Notes under the pieces: model-generated
Told to the model about the DNA's origin: nothing
The model's input: the letters and a program-made list of their open reading frames with translations, nothing else
Database searches by the model: none
Assembly: GCF_021869535.1 (NCBI RefSeq)
Contig: NW_026262701.1
Coordinates: 2,542,001-2,606,000 of the forward strand
DNA length: 64,000 bases
Origin: Mytilus californianus
Taxonomy: Eukaryota
Reading direction: 5' to 3'
In this document: one piece after another, positions 61,501 to 64,000 of the stretch
Position numbering within the stretch: the stretch's first letter is position 1
How the letters are laid out: the number at the start of each line of letters is the position of its first letter
Translations under genes and position numbers: made by a program

Positions 61501-63701
61501 AGGACATTTCGTGTTAAGCTCCATGTATTAGGTAACCATTATTATACCACTTTTTGTGCTATATTGGTAGACATAGTTCTGGTGTATTTTGGTAAAAAAA
61601 ATGACCAACATTATGTAAATAAGGTGTGATATGATTGCCAATGAGACAACTATTAAACAGAGTCCAAATGACAGGGATCAATTATAAGTCACTATACTGC
61701 TTTCAGCAATGAGCAAAACCCAACCCTTTACAGCTATAATGTACTATACATGCATTAATGACTACTCTATACTTTATAGGTGTAAGTCATACATTTACCA
61801 TCATGTTTATAGTTTATCTTCTCATTGTAGCTGTATGTGTATACAAGGGTAAACAGTACACTCAGGGACAGAAGTGGCAGGATGGTTGTTCATTTGATTG
61901 TGAATGTGTTGATGGTAAAATGGGACAGTTCCAGTGTACAGACAAGTATGTATAATATATTTAAGATACAATACAAGTTTGATGTACTAGTAGATCAACA
62001 GAGTTTATCTTCTGTTTCCCTTTGTTTTGTATTTTGTATTTATCTTTCAAGACAATAGGTTTGTTATAATTCTTAAAACTTTTTGTTTGCATCCTTTGCT
62101 TGTGATTATACATTATCCTTAAAGTAAAGAAACAACTGAACAGAATGACTTCATATTTGGTCAACAGCTTGACAATAATGAGATGTAAAAGAGGGACGAA
62201 AGATACCAGAGGGACAGTCAAACTCATAGATAAAAAAAAACAAACTGACAACGCCATGTAATGTATGAGCACTTTTCAGAACTGTCGGATACTGACTTCC
62301 TGTTTGCCAATACTTTGAATTTTTCAATATGTTGATGAACTTACTGAATTAAATCTAAGGTAAATTCAATTGCAATCATTTACAATTGAACTGTTAAGAC
62401 GGTCAACCTGAAAGCGTGAATACGATTTTTTGCAAGTAGCTTTTTCTGTTTTTACTTCTAGGTGCAAGAGATATCCAAATCTACCACCCACTTGTCAGAT
62501 GGTATACGATTCACAAAATCCTTGTTGTGAGAAACCAGTTTGTGGACTGGTACCAACTGCTGCTCCATACCTGGGTCCATCAACTGTATCCCCTCCATCA
62601 CAGGGGCCAACAACAGCACCTACTGTAGGTTAGTGATAATCCTAGAAAAAGTGTGACTGGAAATGTTAGTTCTTTCCTTTAATGATAAGGTATTACAACC
62701 ACTTCTTTTGAACTTTGGTGGATAGTTGTCTCATTGGCAATCATACCACATCTCCTTATTTTTATATTACTGATTTTCTAGTATTCAACAAAGAATGAGT
62801 TCTCCAAGAGCAATAAAGAACTCCATCAAAGATTTAGGGAACGAAACATAACTGATGATTTTAAAGGATGTTTATTTAATCTGCAACAGACCATATCAAT
62901 GACATGAATGTGAGTAAATACTGAGGAGCAAGATTATGTTCACCATTATTGTAGTAGTATTGTATGTGAGTGTTCATCACTCTGTACCATTTAACATGGA
63001 AAACATTTAAACAAATTCTAACATACTTTAGCAAACCAGGTATCTACCAATTCCTTACCAAAAATACAATTGTATTTGATAAGACAACAATAGACAATAG
63101 AGCCTGCCATTGACTCCATTTCTTTGTCTCTTTTCAGATTTCTGTATATACAATGGTATTTTATACAGACAAGGACAGACATGGCAGTCAGGTTGTGATA
63201 TGACATGTAGATGTGATGATGCTAAATCTGGACTCATTAATTGTAATGAAAGGTACTGAAAAACTGAATTTTTTAATGAATTTTATTCTACATCATATTT
63301 TTAAGTTACCATTCATATAAACAAAACCGTTCAGTTTAGAAAAAAAATGTCAAACAAATTCATGAAGCAACTATAGAAAAAAAATGAAAAATATCTCATG
63401 AGTATACAAAGATTTTATTTTTAAAAAACAATTTTAAACATTTCCATAAATTTTTTGTTGTGCCAATCAGCAGTAGTATCATTGACATATACCCTACATT
63501 TCTTTGCATTCCTTTCCAGATGTCCAATCTACCCAGCACTGCCTTCCAGCTGTACATATGTGACAGATCCAAAAGACCCATGTTGTGAAGTTCCATCATG
63601 TATCAGTCCTAATGCCACTATTCCTACACAGGTTGTCAATGGTACTAAGGGAACTGTATTTATACAGCCACAACTCAACCCTCCAATTATTGGCAAGAGA
63701 G
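1001..63701 (+). CDS. Multi-exon gene model (42 exons, partial at both ends): giant secreted VWA/ShK/VWC-like/Pro-Thr-Gly-Tyr-repeat protein, at least about 3,880 aa
   Basis: All 42 exons have AG acceptors, GT donors (one probable GC) and matching phases (1-1 for VWA/ShK/linker exons, 1-2-1 for VWC pairs), with no in-frame stops in the joined frame. No initiator or signal peptide and no stop codon in the window. Confidence 0.9.
2215..2385 (+). mobile_element. SINE 3' fragment
   Basis: GC-rich core TCTCCGCGCACTCCGGCTTCCTT and 3' end GGCGTTAAAC followed by an (AATC)n tail, resembling mollusc tRNA-SINE tails; family not assigned. Confidence 0.55.
2674..2712 (+). CDS. Exon 2: 39-nt linker microexon (ELPSNPNQLPPPT)
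   Basis: ctttcag|AG...ACAT|gtaagt; phase 1-1 joins VWA1 to VWA2. Confidence 0.8.
3916..4473 (+). CDS. Exon 3: VWA domain 2
   Basis: tttcag|CATGC...ACTG|gtaact; FLVDSSSSVG (intact DxSxS), GDTNT, VVTDG; 558 nt. Confidence 0.95.
4773..4802 (+). CDS. Exon 4: 30-nt linker microexon (VQSTVAPTTA)
   Basis: ttttatag|TT...GCAG|gtaatt; phase 1-1. Confidence 0.75.
6104..6232 (+). CDS. Exon 5: ShK-like domain 1
   Basis: CQNKLNNCNSYGLSVCTQYQPWAKDNCQEYCGFC, 6 Cys ending CxxxCxxC; tttcag| ... |gtaagt. Confidence 0.9.
6375..6752 (-). mobile_element. Abundant interspersed repeat (mussel-type family)
   Basis: Shares GAGAGTTGTCTCATTGGCA-TCATACCACATCTT and upstream blocks with copies at about 11915-12322, 13860-14340, 29545-29630, 34200-34285, 47150-47305, 62700-62765, and in opposite orientation at 57240, 59820, 60890-61200, 61620. 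Confidence 0.8.
6807..6923 (+). CDS. Exon 6: ShK-like domain 2
   Basis: CVDKLTNCFAYGKSSCTQYSEWAHQNCQQYCGFC; ctgcag| ... |gtatgt. Confidence 0.9.
7314..7340 (+). CDS. Exon 7: 27-nt linker microexon (AAAAVTSGF)
   Basis: Poly-T tract, cacag|CT...TTTT|gtaagt; phase 1-1. Confidence 0.75.
7673..10644. mobile_element. Kolobok-like non-autonomous DNA transposon (about 3 kb)
   Basis: Perfect 17-bp TIR AGACCAAACAGCCTATT / AATAGGCTGTTTGGTCT flanked on both sides by TTAA; no transposase ORF seen. Confidence 0.65.
7975..8698. mobile_element. Nested element with subterminal inverted TTTGCGCCGAT motifs
   Basis: Three TTGCGCCGAT copies at about 7979-8047 mirrored by ATCGGAGCAAA/ATCGGCACAAG at about 8638-8683; right end CGTACGCCCCTG; left terminus not identifiable. 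Confidence 0.45.
10699..11836 (+). mobile_element. HINE / Helentron-associated non-autonomous element
   Basis: Subterminal IR GCTCACCT/AGGTGAGC, (GTCC/GTC)n microsatellite near the 5' end, two internal repeats of about 240 bp, 3' hairpin AGGCTCT-TG-AGAGCCT, T-rich insertion site. Confidence 0.8.
11915..12322 (-). mobile_element. Second long copy of the abundant interspersed repeat
   Basis: Collinear with 6375-6752. Confidence 0.8.
13217..13405. mobile_element. Sola2-like MITE
   Basis: Perfect TIR GAGGGGCCTGATGGG / CCCATCAGGCCCCTC, 4-bp TSD ATAT, internal ATCACG motif repeats; GRG termini with a 4-bp TSD fit Sola2. Confidence 0.6.
13569..14954. mobile_element. TGT...ACA TIR element with subterminal motif arrays
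   Basis: TIR TGTAGGACTCT(G/A)AA(A/G)TGCGATGG at both ends; repeated ACGCTAAAGTGCGAT motifs inverted between the arms; flanks TATG/AATG. Confidence 0.65.
15439..15556 (+). CDS. VWC-like module 1, first half
   Basis: YGQCSYKGRSYQTGQKWLDGCDYECVCQDGNTGKYKCTNR; atag| ... AG|gtgtgt. Confidence 0.85.
15544..17290 (+). repeat. 51-bp minisatellite (about 34 copies) built from the exon 3' end plus donor
   Basis: Unit AGTGTACAAACAG|GTGTGTATGAACAAATAGAAAATGGCAGGATGGTTACT; first copy overlaps exon 15439-15556. Confidence 0.95.
18826..18968 (+). CDS. VWC-like module 1, second half plus linker
   Basis: CPLYYNLPKDCTLVKKNGECCQQPVCNFHQ...; ttcag| ... G|gtatgt. Confidence 0.85.
18899..19384 (+). repeat. 70-bp tandem repeat (7 copies) of the last 70 nt of exon 18826-18968
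   Basis: Units start at 18899, 18969, 19039, 19106, 19177, 19247, 19316. Confidence 0.95.
19894..20008 (+). CDS. VWC-like module 2, first half
   Basis: VCVYKGKQYFQRQTWRDGCDQICMCTNSSKGLYQCES; 115 nt. Confidence 0.88.
20027..20805. mobile_element. Non-autonomous TIR element with a 5-bp TSD (ATTAT)
   Basis: TIR CAGTCAGGGGACTTA / TAAGTCCCCTGACTG; ATTAT on both flanks; internal AAGTGATTT motifs. Confidence 0.8.
21042..21181 (+). CDS. VWC-like module 2, second half
   Basis: CPKYNSIPANCHMNTAPGECCQKPACEF...; |gtttgt. Confidence 0.85.
22058..22186 (+). CDS. ShK-like domain 3
   Basis: CVDAVGTCSQYGKDVCTTYSGWAGDNCRKFCNLC; phase 1-1. Confidence 0.9.
22732..22758 (+). CDS. 27-nt linker microexon (GGPPVAGKN)
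   Basis: Poly-T cag|GT...AATG|gtatgt; phase 1-1. Confidence 0.75.
23926..24040 (+). CDS. VWC-like module 3, first half
   Basis: TCLYQGKDYRQGQTWDVGCHTYCTCENAVYGYYRCTD; 115 nt. Confidence 0.88.
24163..25058. mobile_element. Tc2-like (Tc1/mariner superfamily) non-autonomous element
   Basis: Imperfect TIR of about 26 bp CCGT...GGCTTGTATAGT(T/C)CGC, TA TSD; removing it restores a repeat unit exactly. Confidence 0.8.
25131..26236. mobile_element. hAT-like non-autonomous element with a 5-bp TSD (TGCTG)
   Basis: Perfect 14-bp TIR CAGGGGTTAAAAAA; ACTAGCCC subterminal motifs; TSD unambiguous because the target is a known repeat unit. Confidence 0.85.
27108..27358 (+). CDS. VWC-like module 3, second half plus Gly/Thr linker
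   Basis: CPKYNNMPNGCQEVRRNGECCPIMECDSG...; matches ORF 27127..27366. Confidence 0.88.
27842..27956 (+). CDS. VWC-like module 4, first half
   Basis: GCLYKGQLYVQDQAWEDGCDFSCLCTNAVTATYSCRL; 115 nt. Confidence 0.88.
28891..29460. repeat. Degenerate minisatellite of about 60 bp (about 9 copies)
   Basis: Unit about CACAATGAGAAACATTAATCATCTATCCACTTTAACTATGGTACCTAGGGGAGACAACAT. Confidence 0.85.
29655..29935 (+). CDS. VWC-like module 4, second half plus linker
   Basis: CPTYGSIPASCHMETDPNEPCCKAPVC...; |gtaagt. Confidence 0.88.
30310..30424 (+). CDS. VWC-like module 5, first half
   Basis: YCLYKGRRYTQAETWDEGCDFTCVCSDSRTGYYKCVE; 115 nt. Confidence 0.88.
31109..31254 (+). CDS. VWC-like module 5, second half
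   Basis: CVHFGNLPQPYCYLVKDPSNPCCKIPKCEF... Confidence 0.87.
32005..32119 (+). CDS. VWC-like module 6, first half
   Basis: YCEYGGVKYSQGQSWYDGCSYRCTCENALGGVYRCMQR; 115 nt. Confidence 0.88.
32167..32650 (+). mobile_element. tRNA-derived SINE (degenerate, with an internal insertion)
   Basis: A-box-like GTGGTAGAGTG (32186), B-box-like GATTCAAACC (32222), central TGGTATTTGCTGCTTC...AGAGCAAAGACTGGTTGG block, (CAT)n tail. Confidence 0.7.
32909..33189 (+). mobile_element. HINE-type element (second family)
   Basis: Subterminal IR ATGCCCCAC/GTGGGGCAT, (GTTC/GTCC)n microsatellite, T-rich ends; 3'-end fragments also at about 15270 and 40230. Confidence 0.7.
33321..33502 (+). CDS. VWC-like module 6, second half (3' end uncertain: GC donor at 33503 or weak GT donor at 33527)
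   Basis: CPTYQNINPNCKFVPDPNDPSCCQMPQC...; both candidate donors preserve phase 1. Confidence 0.8.
33664..33786. mobile_element. 123-bp MITE with a 5-bp TSD (CATTC)
   Basis: TIR CAGGGGCGGATCCAG / CTAGATCCGCCACTG; CATTC on both flanks. Confidence 0.75.
33943..34057 (+). CDS. VWC-like module 7, first half
   Basis: KCTYKGRQYTQGQKWADGCDFNCECKDASRGYYECTD; 115 nt. Confidence 0.88.
36165..36328 (+). CDS. VWC-like module 7, second half
   Basis: CPRYNDVPPQCKLVTDFTNPCCKKPDC... Confidence 0.87.
36753..36925 (+). mobile_element. HINE-type element, internally deleted (third family)
   Basis: Same 5' (TACCCCC...AAAAAAGTGGGGGTA) and 3' (GGTATCATCAGTGAGCAGTAGCTCGCAGTTTCAC) ends as 56501-56781. Confidence 0.7.
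37399..37513 (+). CDS. VWC-like module 8, first half
   Basis: YCSYRGAKYIQSQTWVDGCTYRCRCDDSSRGVYTCSER; 115 nt. Confidence 0.88.
37556..37943. repeat. Fold-back: two inverted copies of a dispersed repeat
   Basis: Left arm 37556-37752 is reverse-complementary to 37793-37943, apart from an indel of about 50 nt. Confidence 0.85.
38658..38854 (+). CDS. VWC-like module 8, second half
   Basis: CPTYPMSSADCKMVSDPKDPCCLVPQC... Confidence 0.87.
39688..39802 (+). CDS. VWC-like module 9, first half
   Basis: FCLYKSKQYKQGEKWMDGCDYSCECTDASTGKYVCNER; 115 nt. Confidence 0.88.
40403..40575 (+). CDS. VWC-like module 9, second half
   Basis: CTRYTNIPANCFLVKDASNPCCKKPQC... Confidence 0.87.
40639..40843. mobile_element. 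TA-flanked MITE (CTGT(G/A)GATTCAT TIR family)
   Basis: TIR family shared with 42576-42783 and 58562-58693. Confidence 0.7.
42576..42783. mobile_element. TA-flanked MITE (Tc1/mariner-type TSD)
   Basis: CTGTGGATTCATT...AATGAATCCACAG with TA on both flanks. Confidence 0.8.
42953..43067 (+). CDS. VWC-like module 10, first half
   Basis: KCVYRGVAYSQGQQWFDDCSLKCVCEDGPAGLYRCSER; 115 nt. Confidence 0.88.
44660..44898 (+). CDS. VWC-like module 10, second half plus Pro/Thr/Tyr linker
   Basis: CAKYTGLPSTCTLIPDPQDPICCQAPKC...PTPQPYQQPTPYPGYTGPT. Confidence 0.87.
45103..45340. repeat. 41-bp minisatellite (6 copies)
   Basis: Unit TGAATCAGGCTTCCCTTAGCATGCTATACCATATGAAACTG. Confidence 0.92.
45483..45597 (+). 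CDS. VWC-like module 11, first half
   Basis: VCVYKGKQYSQDQKWQDGCDFDCVCQDSKKGLYKCTE; 115 nt. Confidence 0.88.
46645..46778 (+). CDS. VWC-like module 11, second half
   Basis: CPKFVDIPKECTLTRDYQNPCCMKVKC... Confidence 0.87.
47725..47839 (+). CDS. VWC-like module 12, first half
   Basis: QCMYNGVPFNEGQTWNDGCDLRCSCENGTTGYYRCSDR; 115 nt. Confidence 0.88.
48144..48416. mobile_element. Kolobok-like MITE
   Basis: TTAA on both flanks; imperfect TIR GGTGGTACTTAACAC / GTGTTTGGTACAACC. Confidence 0.65.
48445..49856 (+). CDS. VWC-like module 12 second half plus Pro/Thr/Gly/Tyr repeat units 1-10
   Basis: CAKYPNIPSYCTMETDPNDQCCMKPRC then TPGPGYTYPPGKVP... repeats; ttag| ... CCAG|gtaggt; 1412 nt. Confidence 0.92.
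49919..50065 (+). repeat. Degenerate intronic copy (about 141 bp) of the exon end plus donor of 48445-49856
   Basis: Matches 49778-49918, including CAG|GTAGGTACACATATCTACTTAC (second donor at 49997); carries a TGA and a frameshift. Confidence 0.85.
50241..54257 (+). CDS. 4-kb exon: Pro/Thr/Gly/Tyr repeat units 10-38
   Basis: tttcag|GGAGAG...GGAA|gtaggt; 4017 nt open frame (ORF 50339..54286); synonymous sites vary while the peptide motif is conserved. Confidence 0.95.
54774..54916. repeat. Near-complete 143-bp palindrome (MITE-like hairpin)
   Basis: ACTGTGGTTGAAGAATTGCC...TTTTACTG / CAGTAAAA...GGCAACTCTTCGACTACAGT pair along most of their length. Confidence 0.7.
55867..56150. repeat. 30-bp minisatellite (about 9 copies)
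   Basis: Unit TAATGTCACCTATTCTCATGGTAAAGACCC. Confidence 0.92.
56217..56331 (+). CDS. VWC-like module 13, first half
   Basis: SCMYKGVSYKKGDKWEDGCQYKCECMDDMTGSYQCKER; 115 nt. Confidence 0.88.
56501..56781 (+). mobile_element. HINE-type element (third family)
   Basis: TTATACCCC...GTGGGGGTATA 5' end, (GTCC/ATCC)n microsatellite, GGTATCATCAGTGAGCAGTAGC 3' end. Confidence 0.75.
58010..58155 (+). CDS. VWC-like module 13, second half
   Basis: CPTYTDIPASCRLTIDPKDSCCMVPSC...; |gtgagt. Confidence 0.87.
58562..58693. mobile_element. Short copy of the TA-flanked MITE family
   Basis: TA-CTGTGGATT...AATCCACAG-TA. Confidence 0.7.
59317..59446 (+). CDS. VWC-like module 14, first half
   Basis: KPDINACLYKGNVYTQGQKWYDDCDKVCVCQDAKMGFYSCQDR; 130 nt. 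Confidence 0.87.
60528..60721 (+). CDS. VWC-like module 14, second half
   Basis: CAKYSNLGPNCVMVPDSRDPQCCQAPDC...; |gtaagt. Confidence 0.87.
61831..61945 (+). CDS. VWC-like module 15, first half
   Basis: VCVYKGKQYTQGQKWQDGCSFDCECVDGKMGQFQCTD; 115 nt. Confidence 0.88.
62462..62628 (+). CDS. VWC-like module 15, second half
   Basis: CKRYPNLPPTCQMVYDSQNPCCEKPVC... Confidence 0.87.
63138..63252 (+). CDS. VWC-like module 16, first half
   Basis: FCIYNGILYRQGQTWQSGCDMTCRCDDAKSGLINCNER; 115 nt. Confidence 0.88.
63520..63701 (+). CDS. VWC-like module 16, second half
   Basis: CPIYPALPSSCTYVTDPKDPCCEVPSC...; AGAG|gtgagt. Confidence 0.87.
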
Positions 63702-64000
63702 GTGAGTAGTATACAGGGCACTGTATTTATACAGCCACAACTCAACCCTCCAATTATTGGCAAGAGAGGTGAGTAGTATACAGGGCACTGTATTTATACA
63801 GCCACAACTCAACCCACCAATTATTGGCAAGAGAGGTGAGTAGTATACAGGGCACTGTATTTATACAGCCACAACTCAACCCTTCAATTATTGGCAAGAG
63901 AGGTGAGTAGTATACAGGGCACTGTATTTATACAGCCACAACTCAACCCTCCAATTATTGGCAAGAGAGGTGAGTAGTATACAGGGCACTGTATTTATAC
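63649..64000 (+). repeat. 67-bp tandem repeat (at least 5.3 copies, runs off the window) of the exon 3' end plus donor
   Basis: Units at 63649, 63716, 63783, 63850, 63917, 63984; GTGAGT donors at 63702, 63769, 63836, 63903, 63970. Confidence 0.95.

Noticed and set aside
1001-63701. Assigning a gene symbol (collagen VI, kielin/chordin, mucin, mfp-1)
   Set aside because: There is no Gly-X-Y collagen region or VWD domain, and the architecture matches none of these confidently without a database search.
15544-64000. CRISPR-like appearance of the regularly spaced repeats
   Set aside because: Units are contiguous tandem copies with no unique spacers, there are no cas genes, and the context is eukaryotic introns.

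Overview
Eukaryotic, AT-rich genomic DNA. The repeat families and gene content suggest a bivalve mollusc, most likely a mussel (Mytilus); this is an inference. The whole window is the interior of ONE large + strand gene. I could thread 42 exons from 1001 to 63701 with AG acceptors, GT donors (one probable GC donor) and fully consistent intron phases. They give about 11,646 coding nt (about 3,880 aa), with no start or stop codon inside the window. Domain order: VWA - VWA - ShK - ShK - 2x VWC-like - ShK - 10x VWC-like - about 1,800-aa Pro/Thr/Gly/Tyr repeat (38 units of 43 or 48 aa) - 4x VWC-like, continuing past the window. It looks like a giant secreted matrix, mucus or adhesive protein. The introns hold non-autonomous DNA transposons (Kolobok-, Tc2-, Sola2-, HINE/Helentron-like, and three CAG...CTG elements with 5-bp TSDs), SINE remnants and minisatellites. 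The most unusual pattern is that at six different exons the exon 3' end plus its splice donor has been tandemly copied into the following intron (units of 51, 70, 55, about 141, about 80 and 67 bp), creating arrays of decoy donors. Most short ORFs in the supplied track are spurious. Coordinates were counted by hand and no database searches were run.
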